From Eledone cirrhosa (lineage: Eukaryota), in the NCBI GenBank assembly GCA_964016885.1, contig OZ024740.1, positions 14,818,001-14,882,000 of the forward strand: 64,000 nt of DNA. The letters are read 5' to 3'. The translations under genes and the position numbers were made by a program. A model generated the notes under the pieces. That model had not been told where the DNA came from. It was given only the letters and a program-made list of their open reading frames with translations, and ran no database searches. Numbering within the stretch: the stretch's first letter is position 1; each line of letters opens with the position of its first letter. This document shows, piece after piece, positions 13,901 through 25,800 of the stretch.

Positions 13901-16140
13901 CCAGAATATGGAAAGTCCTCGATTGAAAGGAATCAAAGCCAGAATATGGAAAGTCCTCAAATGAAAGGAATCAAAGCCAGAATATGGAAAGTCCTCGAAT
14001 GAAAGGAATCAAAGCCAGAATATGGAAAGTCCTCGAATGAAAGGAATCAAAGCCAGAATATGGAAAGTCCTCAAATGAAAGGAATCAAAGCCAGAATATG
14101 GAAAGTCCTCAAATGAAAGGAATCAAAGCCAGAATATGGAAAGTCCTCAAATGAAAGGAATCAAAGCCAGAATATGGAAAGTCCTCAAATGAAAGGAATC
14201 AAAGCCAGAATATGGAAAGTCCTCAAATGAGAGGAATCAAAGCCAGAATATGGAAAGTCCTCGAATGAAAGGAATCAAAGACAGAATATGGAAAGTCCTC
14301 AAATGAAAGGAATCAAAGCCAGAATATGGAAAGTCCTCAAATGAAAGGAATCTAAGCCAGAATATGGAAAGTCCTCAAATGAGAGGAATCAAGCCAGAAT
14401 ATGGAAAGTCCTCAAATGAAAGGAATCCAAGCCAGAATATGGAAAGTCCTCAAATGAAAGGAATGAAAGCCAGAATATGGAAAGTCCTCAAATGAGAGGA
14501 ATCAAAGCCAGAATATGGAAAGTCCTCAAATGAAAGGAATCAAAGCCAGAATATGGAAAGTCCTCAAATGAGAGGAATCAAAGCCAGAATATGGAAAGTC
14601 CTCAAATGAAAGGAATCAAAGCCAGAATATGGAAAGTCCTCGAATGAAAGGAATCAAAGCCAGAATATGGAAAGTCCTCGAATGAAAGGAATCCAAGCCA
14701 TAATATGGAAAGTCCTCAAATGAGAGGAATCAAAGCCAGAATATGGAAAGTCCTCAAATGAAAGGAATCAAAGCCAGAATATGGAAAGTCCTCAAATGAG
14801 AGGAATCAAAGCCAGAATATGGAAAGTCCTCAAATGAAAGGAATCAAAGCCAGAATATGGAAAGTCCTCAAATGAAAGGAATCAAAGCCAGAATATGGAA
14901 AGTCCTCAAATGAAAGGAATCAAAGCCAGAATATGGAAAGTCCTCAAATGAAAGGAATCAAAGCCAGAATATGGAAAGTCCTCAAATGAGAGGAATCAAA
15001 GCCAGAATATGGAAAGTCCTCGAATGAAAGGAATCAAAGCCAGAATATGGAAAGTCCTCCAATGAAAGGAATCAAAGCCAGAATATGGAAAGTCCTTAAA
15101 TGAAAGGAATCAAAGCCAGAATATGTAAAGTCCTCCAATGAGAGGAATCAAGCCAGAATATGGAAAGTCCTCAAATGAAAGGAATCAAAGCCAGAATATG
15201 GAAAGTCCTCAAATGAAAGGAATCAAAGCTAGAATATGGAAAGTCCTCAAATGAGAGGAATCAAAGCCAGAATATGGAAAGTCCTCAAATGAAAGGAATC
15301 AAAGCCAGAATATGGAAAGTCCTCAAATGAGAGGAATCAAAGCCAGAATATGGAAAGTCCTCAAATGAAAGGAATCAAAGCCAGAATATGGAAAGTCCTC
15401 GAATGAAAGGAATCAAAGCCAGAATATGGAAAGTCCTCGAATGAAAGGAATCCAAGCCATAATATGGAAAGTCCTCAAATGAGAAGAATCAAAGCCAGAA
15501 TATGGAAAGTCCTCAAATGAAAGGAATCAAAGCCAGAATATGGAAAGTCCTCAAATGAGAGGAATCAAAGCCAGAATATGGAAAGTCCTCAAATGAAAGG
15601 AATCAAAGCCTGAATATGGAAAGTCCTCAAATGAAAGGAATCAAAGCCAGAATATGGAAAGTCCTCAAATGAAAGGAATCAAAGCCAGAATATGGAAAGT
15701 CCTCAAATGAAAGGAATCAAAGCCAGAATATGTAAAGTCCTCAAATGAGAGGAATCAAAGCCAGAATATGGAAAGTCCTCAAATGAAAGGAATCAAAGCC
15801 AGAATATGGAAAGTCCTCAAATGAGAGGAATCAAAGCCAGAATATGGAAAGTCCTCAAATGAAAGGAATCAAAGCCAGAATATGGAAAGTCCTCGAATGA
15901 AAGGAATCAAAGCCAGAATATGGAAAGTCCTCGAATGAAAGGAATCATAGCCATAATATGGAAAGTCCTCAAATGAGAGGAATCAAAGCCAGAATATGGA
16001 AAGTCCTCAAATGAAAGGAATCAAAGCCAGAATATGGAAAGTCCTCGAATGAAAGGAATCAAAGCCAGAATATGGAAAGTCCTCGAATGAAAGGAATCAA
16101 AGCCAGAATATGGAAAGTCCTCAAATGAAAGGAATCAAAG
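11000..16140 (+). repeat. Higher-order duplication with exact 3000-bp offset (79 monomers, two of them 37 bp)
   Basis: Lines 11041-13140 and 14041-16140 are nearly identical column for column. Shared markers are AAAGACAG (11281/14281), 1-bp deletions (11391/14391 and ~12150/~15150), GCTAG, CCAAGCCATAA, GCCTG and CATAGCCATAA. Only a few differences were seen (around 14353, 15097 and 12401-12405). Confidence 0.92.
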
Positions 16141-16879
16141 CCAGAATATGAAAAGTCCTCGAATGAAAGGAATCAAAGCCAGAATATGGAAAGTCCTCAA
16201 ATGAAAGGAATCAAAGCCAGAATATGGAAAGTCCGCAAATGAAAGGAATCAAAGCCAGAATATGGAAAGTCCTCAAATGAAAGGAATCAAAGCCAGAATA
16301 TGGAAAGTCCTCGATTGAAAGGAATCAAAGCCAGAATATGGAAAGTCCTCAAATGAAAGGAATCAAAGCCAGAATATGGAAAGTCCTCGAATGAAAGGAA
16401 TCAAAGCCAGAATATGGAAAGTCCTCGAATGAAAGGAATCAAAGCCAGAATATGGAAAGTCCTCAAATGAAAGGAATCAAAGCCAGAATATGGAAAGTCC
16501 TCAAATGAAAGGAATCAAAGCCAGAATATGGAAAGTCCTCAAATGAAAGGAATCAAAGACAGAATATGGAAAGTCCTCAAATGAAAGGAATCAAAGCCAG
16601 AATATGGAAAGTCCTCAAATGAGAGGAGTCAAAGCCAGAATATGGAAAGTCCTCGAATGAAAGGAATCAAAGACAGAATATGGAAAGTCCTCAAATGAAA
16701 GGAATCAAAGCCAGAATATGGAAAGTCTTCAAATGAAAGGAATCAAAGCCAGAATATGGAAAGTCCTCAAATGAGAGGAATCAAGCCAGAATATGGAAAG
16801 TCCTCAAATGAAAGGAATCCAAGCCAGAATATGGAAAGTCCTCAAATGAAAGGAATGAAAGCCAGAATATGGAAAGTCC

Positions 16880-19800
16880 TCGAATGAAAGGAATCCAAGC
16901 CATAATATGGAAAGTCCTCAAATGAGAGGAATCAAAGCCAGAATATGGAAAGTCCTCAAATGAAAGGAATCAAAGCCAGAATATGGAAAGTCCTCAAATG
17001 AGAGGAATCAAAGCCAGAATATAGAAAGTCCTCAAATGAAAGGAATCAAAGCCTGAATATGGAAAGTCCTCAAATGAAAGGAATCAAAGCCAGAATATGG
17101 AAAGTCCTCAAATGAAAGGAATCAAAGCCAGAATATGGAAAGTCCTCAAATGAAAGGAATCAAAGCCAGAATATGGAAAGTCCTCAAATGAGAGGAATCA
17201 AAGCCAGAATATGGAAAGTCCTCAAATGAAAGGAATCAAAGCCAGAATATGGAAAGTCCTCAAATGAGAGGAATCAAAGCCAGAATATGGAAAGACCTCA
17301 AATGAAAGGAATCAAAGCCAGAATATGGAAAGTCCTCGAATGAAAGGAATCAAAGCCAGAATATGGAAAGTCCTCGAATGAAAGGAATCAAAGCCATAAT
17401 ATGGAAAGTCCTCAAATGAGAGGAATCAAAGCCAGAATATGGAAAGTCCTCAAATGAAAGGAATCAAAGCCAGAATATGGAAAGTCCTCGAATGAAAGGA
17501 ATCAAAGCCAGAATATGGAAAGTCCTCGAATGAAAGGAATCAAAGCCAGAATATGGAAAGTCCTCGAATGAAAGGAATCAAAGCCAGAATATGGAAAGTC
17601 CTCGAATGAAAGGAATCAAAGCCAGAATATGGAAAGTCCTCAAATGAAAGGAATCAAAGCCAGAATATGGAAAGTCCGCAAATGAAAGGAATCAAAGCCA
17701 GAATATGGAAAGTCCTCAAATGAAAGGAATCAAAGCCAGAATATGGAAAGTCCTCGAATGAAAGGAATCAAAGCCAGAATATGGAAAGTCCTCAAATGAA
17801 AGGAATCAAAGCCACAATATGGAAAGTCCTCGAATGAAAGGAATCAAAGCCAGAATATGGAAAGTCCTCAAATGAAAGGAATCAAAGCCAGAATATGGAA
17901 AGTCCTCAAATGAAAGGAATCAAAGCCAGAATATGGAAAGTCCTCAAATGAGAGGAATCAAAGCCAGAATATGGAAAGTCCTCAAATGAAAGGAATCAAA
18001 GCCAGAATATGGAAAGTCCTCAAATGAGAGGAATCAAAGCCAGAATATGGAAAGTCCTCAAATGAAAGGAATCAAAGCCAGAATATGGAAAGTCCTCAAA
18101 TGAAAGGAATCAAAGCCAGAATATGGAAAGTCCTCAAATGAAAGGAATCAAAGCCAGAATATGGAAAGTCCTCGAATGAAAGGAATCAAAGCCAGAATAT
18201 GGAAAGTCCTCGAATGAAAGGAATCAAAGCCAGAATATGGAAAGTCCTCAAATGAATGGAATCAAAGCCAGAATATGGAAAGTCCTCGAATGAAAGGAAT
18301 CAAAGCCAGAATATGGAAAGTCCTCGAATGAAAGGAATCGAAGCCAGAATATGGAAAGTCCTCAAATGAAAGGAATCGAAGCCAGAATATGGAAAGTCCT
18401 CAAATGAAAGGAATCAAAGCCAGAATATGGAAAGTCCTCAAATGAAAGGAATCAAAGCCAGAATATGGAAAGTCCTCAAATGAGAGGAATAAAAGCCAGA
18501 ATATGGAAAGTCCTCAAATGAAAGGAATCAAAGCCAGAATATGGAAAGTCCTCGAATGAAAGGAATAAAAGCCAGAATATGGAAAGTCCTCAAATGAAAG
18601 GAATCAAAGCCAGAATATGGAAAGTCCTCGAATGAAAGGAATCAAAGCCAGAATATGGAAAGTCCTCGAATGAAAGGAATCAAAGCCAGAATATGGAAAG
18701 TCCTCAAATGAAAGGAATCAAAGCCAGAATATGGAAAGTCCTCAAATGAAAGGAATCAAAGCCAGAATATGGAAAGTCCTCAAATGAAAGGAATCAAAGC
18801 CAGAATATGGAAAGTCCTCAAATGAGAGGAATCAAAGCCAGAATATGGAAAGTCCTCAAATGAGAGGAATCAAAGCCAGAATATGGAAAGACCTCAAATG
18901 AGAGGAATCAAAGCCAGAATATGGAAAGTCCTCAAATGAGAGGAATCAAAGCCAGAATATGGAAAGTCCTCAAATGAAAGGAATCAAAGCCAGAATATGG
19001 AAAGTCCTTGAATGAAAGGAATAAAAGCCAGAATATGGAAAGTCCTCAAATGAAAGGAATCAAAGCCAGAATATGGAAAGTCCTCGAATGAAAGGAATCA
19101 AAGCCAGAATATGGAAAGTCCTCGAATGAAAGGAATCAAAGCCAGAATATGGAAAGTCCTCGAATGAAAGGAATCAAAGCCAGAATATGGAAAGTCCTCA
19201 AATGAGAGGAATAAAAGCCAGAATATGGAAAGTCCTCAAATGAAAGGAATCAAAGCCAGAATATGGAAAGTCCTCGAATGAAAGGAATCAAAGCCAGAAT
19301 ATGGAAAGTCCTCGAATGAAAGGAATCAAAGCCAGAATATGGAAAGTCCTCAAATGAAAGGAATCAAAGCCAGAATATGGAAAGTCCTCAAATGAGAGGA
19401 ATCAAAGCCAGAATATGGAAAGTCCTCGAATGAAAGGAATCAAAGCCAGAATATGGAAAGTCCTCAAATGAAAGGAATCAAAGCCAGAATATGGAAAGTC
19501 CTCAAATGAGAGGAATCAAAGCCAGAATATGGAAAGTCCTCAAATGAAAGGAATCAAAGCCAGAATATGGAAAGTCCTCGAATGAAAGGAATCAAAGCCA
19601 GAATATGGAAAGTCCTCAAATAAAAGGAATCAAAGCCAGAATATGGAAAGTCCTCGAATGAAAGGAATCAAAGCCAGAATATGGAAAGTCCTCAAATGAA
19701 ATGAATCAAAGCCAGAATATGGAAAGTCCTCAAATGAAAGGAATCAATGCCAGAATATGGAAAGTCCTCAAATGAGAGGAATCAAAGCCAGAATATGGAA

Positions 19801-22800
19801 AGTCCTCAAATGAAAGGAATCAAAGCCAGAATATGGAAAGTCCTCAAATGAGAGGAATCAAAGCCAGAATATGGAAAGTCCTCAAATGAAAGGAATCAAA
19901 GCCAGAATATGGAAAGTCCTCAAATGAAAGGAATCAAAGCCAGAATATGGAAAGTCCTCAAATGAAAGGAATCAAAGCCAGAATATGGAAAGTCCTCGAA
20001 TGAAAGGAATCAAAGCCAGAATATGGAAAGTCCTCGAATGAAAGGAATCAAAGCCAGAATATGGAAAGTCCTCAAATGAAAGGAATCAAAGCCAGAATAT
20101 GGAAAGTCCTCGAATGAAAGGAATCAAAGCCAGAATATGGAAAGTCCTCAAATGAAAGGAATCAAAGCCAGAATATGGAAAGTCCTCAAATGAAAGGAAT
20201 CAAAGCCAGAATATGGAAAGTCCTCAAATGAAAGGAATCAAAGCCAGAATATGTAAAGGCCTCCAATGAGAGGAATCAAGCCAGAATATGGAAAGTCCTC
20301 AAATGAAAGGAATCAAAGCCAGAATATGGAAAGTCCTCAAATGAAAGGAATCAAAGCTAGAATATGGAAAGTCCTCAAATGAGAGGAATCAAAGCCAGAA
20401 TATGGAAAGTCCTCAAATGAAAGGAATCAAAGCCAGAATATGGAAAGTCCTCAAATGAGAGGAATCAAAGCCAGAATATGGAAAGTCCTCAAATGAAAGG
20501 AATCAAAGCCAGAATATGGAAAGTCCTCGAATGAAAGGAATCAAAGCCAGAATATGGAAAGTCCTCGAATGAAAGGAATCCAAGCCATAATATGGAAAGT
20601 CCTCAAATGAGAAGAATCAAAGTCAGAATATGGAAAGTCCTCAAATGAAAGGAATCAAAGCCAGAATATGGAAAGTCCTCAAATGAGAGGAATCAAAGCC
20701 AGAATATGGAAAGTCCTCAAATGAAAGGAATCAAAGCCTGAATATGGAAAGTCCTCAAATGAAAGGAATCAAAGCCAGAATATGGAAAGTCCTCAAATGA
20801 AAGGAATCAAAGCCAGAATATGGAAAGTCCTCAAATGAAAGGAATCAAAGCCAGAATATGTAAAGTCCTCAAATGAGAGGAATCAAAGCCAGAATATGGA
20901 AAGTCCTCAAATGAAAGGAATCAAAGCCAGAATATGGAAAGTCCTCAAATGAGAGGAATCAAAGCCAGAATATGGAAAGTCCTCAAATGAAAGGAATCAA
21001 AGCCAGAATATGGAAAGTCCTCGAATGAAAGGAATCAAAGCCAGAATATGGAAAGTCCTCGAATGAAAGGAATCATAGCCATAATATGGAAAGTCCTCAA
21101 ATGAGAGGAATCAAAGCCAGAATATGGAAAGTCCTCAAATGAAAGGAATCAAAGCCAGAATATGGAAAGTCCTCGAATGAAAGGAATCAAAGCCAGAATA
21201 TGGAAAGTCCTCGAATGAAAGGAATCAAAGACAGAATATGGAAAGTCCTCAAATGAAAGGAATCAAAGCCAGAATATGAAAAGTCCTCGAATGAAAGGAA
21301 TCAAAGCCAGAATATGGAAAGTCCTCAAATGAAAGGAATCAAAGCCAGAATATGGAAAGTCCGCAAATGAAAGGAATCAAAGCCAGAATATGGAAAGTCC
21401 TCAAATGAAAGGAATCAAAGCCAGAATATGGAAAGTCCTCGATTGAAAGGAATCAAAGCCAGAATATGGAAAGTCCTCAAATGAAAGGAATCAAAGCCAG
21501 AATATGGAAAGTCCTCGAATGAAAGGAATCAAAGCCAGAATATGGAAAGTCCTCGAATGAAAGGAATCAAAGCCAGAATATGGAAAGTCCTCAAATGAAA
21601 GGAATCAAAGCCAGAATATGGAAAGTCCTCAAATGAAAGGAATCAAAGCCAGAATATGGAAAGTCCTCAAATGAAAGGAATCAAAGCCAGAATATGGAAA
21701 GTCCTCAAATGAAAGGAATCAAAGCCAGAATATGGAAAGTCCTCAAATGAGAGGAATCAAAGCCAGAATATGGAAAGTCCTCGAATGAAAGGAATCAAAG
21801 ACAGAATATGGAAAGTCCTCAAATGAAAGGAATCAAAGCCAGAATATGGAAAGTCCTCAAATGAAAGGAATCAAAGCCAGAATATGGAAAGTCCTCAAAT
21901 GAGAGGAATCAAGCCAGAATATGGAAAGTCCTCAAATGAAAGGAATCAAAGCCAGAATATGGAAAGTCCTCAAATGAAAGGAATGAAAGCCAGAATATGG
22001 AAAGTCCTCAAATGAGAGGAATCAAAGCCAGAATATGGAAAGTCCTCAAATGAAAGGAATCAAAGCCAGAATATGGAAAGTCCTCAAATGAGAGGAATCA
22101 AAGCCAGAATATGGAAAGTCCTCAAATGAAAGGAATCAAAGCCAGAATATGGAAAGTCCTCGAATGAAAGGAATCAAAGCCAGAATATGGAAAGTCCTCG
22201 AATGAAAGGAATCCAAGCCATAATATGGAAAGTCCTCAAATGAGAGGAATCAAAGCCAGAATATGGAAAGTCCTCAAATGAAAGGAATCAAAGCCAGAAT
22301 ATGGAAAGTCCTCAAATGAGAGGAATCAAAGCCAGAATATGGAAAGTCCTCAAATGAAAGGAATCAAAGCCTGAATATGGAAAGTCCTCAAATGAAAGGA
22401 ATCAAAGCCAGAATATGGAAAGTCCTCAAATGAAAGGAATCAAAGCCAGAATATGGAAAGTCCTCAAATGAAAGGAATCAAAGCCAGAATATGGAAAGTC
22501 CTCAAATGAGAGGAATCAAAGCCAGAATATGGAAAGTCCTCAAATGAAAGGAATCAAAGCCAGAATATGGAAAGTCCTCAAATGAGAGGAATCAAAGCCA
22601 GAATATGGAAAGACCTCAAATGAAAGGAATCAAAGCCAGAATATGGAAAGTCCTCGAATGAAAGGAATCAAAGCCAGAATATGGAAAGTCCTCGAATGAA
22701 AGGAATCAAAGCCATAATATGGAAAGTCCTCAAATGAGAGGAATCAAAGCCAGAATATGGAAAGTCCTCAAATGAAAGGAATCAAAGCCAGAATATGGAA

Positions 22801-25800
22801 AGTCCTCGAATGAAAGGAATCAAAGCCAGAATATGGAAAGTCCTCGAATGAAAGGAATCAAAGCCAGAATATGGAAAGTCCTCGAATGAAAGGAATCAAA
22901 GCCAGAATATGGAAAGTCCTCGAATGAAAGGAATCAAAGCCAGAATATGGAAAGTCCTCAAATGAAAGGAATCAAAGCCAGAATATGGAAAGTCCTCAAA
23001 TGAAAGGAATCAAAGCCAGAATATGGAAAGTCCTCGAATGAAAGGAATCAAAGCCAGAATATGGAAAGTCCTCAAATGAAAGGAATCAAAGCCAGAATAT
23101 GGAAAGTCCTCAAATGAAAGGAATCAAAGCCAGGATATGGAAAGTCCTCAAATGAGAGGAATCAAAGCCAGAATATGGAAAGTCCTCAAATGAAAGGAAT
23201 CAAAGCCAGAATATGGAAAGTCCTCAAATGAGAGGAATCAAAGCCAGAATATGGAAAGTCCTCAAATGAAAGGAATCAAAGCCAGAATATGGAAAGTCCT
23301 CAAATGAAAGGAATCAAAGCCAGAATATGGAAAGTCCTCAAATGAAAGGAATCAAAGCCAGAATATGGAAAGTCCTCGAATGAAAGGAATCAAAGCCAGA
23401 ATATGGAAAGTCCTCGAATGAAAGGAATCAAAGCCAGAATATGGAAAGTCCTCAAATGAATGGAATCAAAGCCAGAATATGGAAAGTCCTCGAATGAAAG
23501 GAATCAAAGCCAGAATATGGAAAGTCCTCGAATGAAAGGAATCGAAGCCAGAATATGGAAAGTCCTCAAATGAAAGGAATCGAAGCCAGAATATGGAAAG
23601 TCCTCAAATGAAAGGAATCAAAGCCAGAATATGGAAAGTCCTCAAATGAAAGGAATCAAAGCCAGAATATGGAAAGTCCTCAAATGAGAGGAATAAAAGC
23701 CAGAATATGGAAAGTCCTCAAATGAAAGGAATCAAAGCCAGAATATGGAAAGTCCTCGAATGAAAGGAATAAAAGCCAGAATATGGAAAGTCCTCAAATG
23801 AAAGGAATCAAAGCCAGAATATGGAAAGTCCTCGAATGAAAGGAATCAAAGCCAGAATATGGAAAGTCCTCGAATGAAAGGAATCAAAGCCAGAATATGG
23901 AAAGTCCTCGAATGAAAGGAATCAAAGCCAGAATATGGAAAGTCCTCAAATGAAAGGAATCAAAGCCAGAATATGGAAAGTCCTCAAATGAAAGGAATCA
24001 AAGCCAGAATATGGAAAGTCCTCAAATGAGAGGAATCAAAGCCAGAATATGGAAAGTCCTCAAATGAGAGGAATCAAAGCCAGAATATGGAAAGTCCTCA
24101 AATGAGAGGAATCAAAGCCAGAATATGGAAAGTCCTCAAATGAAAGGAATCAAAGCCAGAATATGGAAAGTCCTTGAATGAAAGGAATAAAAGCCAGAAT
24201 ATGGAAAGTCCTCAAATGAAAGGAATCAAAGCCAGAATATGGAAAGTCCTCGAATGAAAGGAATCAAAGCCAGAATATGGAAAGTCCTCGAATGAAAGGA
24301 ATCAAAGCCAGAATATGGAAAGTCCTCGAATGAGAGGAATCAAAGCCAGAATATGGAAAGTCCTCAAATGAAAGGAATCAAAGCCAGAATATGGAAAGTC
24401 CTCAAATGAAAGGAATCAAAGCCAGAATATGGAAAGTCCTCGAATGAAAGGAATCAAAGCCAGAATATGGAAAGTCCTCAAATGAAAGGAATCAAAGCCA
24501 GAATATGGAAAGTCCTCAAATGAGAGGAATCAAAGCCAGAATATGGAAAGTCCTCGAATGAAAGGAATCAAAGCCAGAATATGGAAAGTCCTCAAATGAA
24601 AGGAATCAAAGCCAGAATATGGAAAGTCCTCAAATGAGAGGAATCAAAGCCAGAATATGGAAAGTCCTCAAATGAAAGGAATCAAAGCCAGAATATGGAA
24701 AGTCCTCAAATGAGAGGAATCAAAGCCAGAATATGGAAAGTCCTCAAATGAGAGGAATCAAAGCCAGAATATGGAAATTCCTCAATTGAAAGGAATCAAA
24801 GCCAGAATATGGAAAGTCCTCAAATGAAAGGAATCAAAGCCAGAATATGGAAAGTCCTCAAATGAGAGGAATCAAAGCCAGAATATGGAAAGTCCTCAAA
24901 TGAAAGGAATCAAAGCCAGAATATGGAAAGTCCTCAAATGAGAGGAATCAAAGCCAGAATATGGAAAGTCCTCAAATGAGAGGAATCAAAGCCAGAATAT
25001 GGAAATTCCTCAAATGAGAGGAATCAAAGCCAGAATATGGAAGGTCCTCAAATGAGAGGAATCAAAGCCAGAATATGGAAATTCCTCAAATGAGAGGAAT
25101 CAAAGCCAGAATATGGAAAGTCCTCGAATGAAAGGAATCAAAGCCAGAATATGGAAAGTCCTCAAATGAAAGGAATCAAAGCCAGAATATGGAAAGTCCT
25201 CAAATGAGAGGAATCAAAGCCAGAATATGGAAAGTCCTCAAATGAAAGGAATCAAAGCCAGAATATGGAAAGTCCTCAAATGAAAGGAATCAAAGCCAGA
25301 ATTAGAAAGTCCTCAAATGAGAGGAATCAAGCCAGAATATGGAAAGTCCTCAAATGAAAGGAATCAAAGCCAGAATATGGAAAGTCCTCAAATGAAAGGA
25401 ATCAAAGCCAGAATATGGAAAGTCCTCAAATGAGAGGAATCAAAGCCAGAATATGGAAAGTCCTCAAATGAAAGGAATCAAAGCCAGAATATGGAAAGTC
25501 CTCAAATGAGAGGAATCAAAGCCAGAATATGGAAAGTCCTCAAATGAAAGGAATCAAAGCCAAAATATGGAAAGTCCTCGAATGAAAGGAATCAAAGCCA
25601 GAATATGGAAAGTCCTCAAATGAGAGGAATCAAAGCCAGAATATGGAAAGTCCTCAAATGAGAGGAATCAAAGCCAGAATATGGAAATTCCTCAAATGAG
25701 AGGAATCAAAGCCAGAATATGGAAGGTCCTCAAATGAGAGGAATCAAAGCCAGAATATGGAAATTCCTCAAATGAGAGGAATCAAAGCCAGAATATGGAA

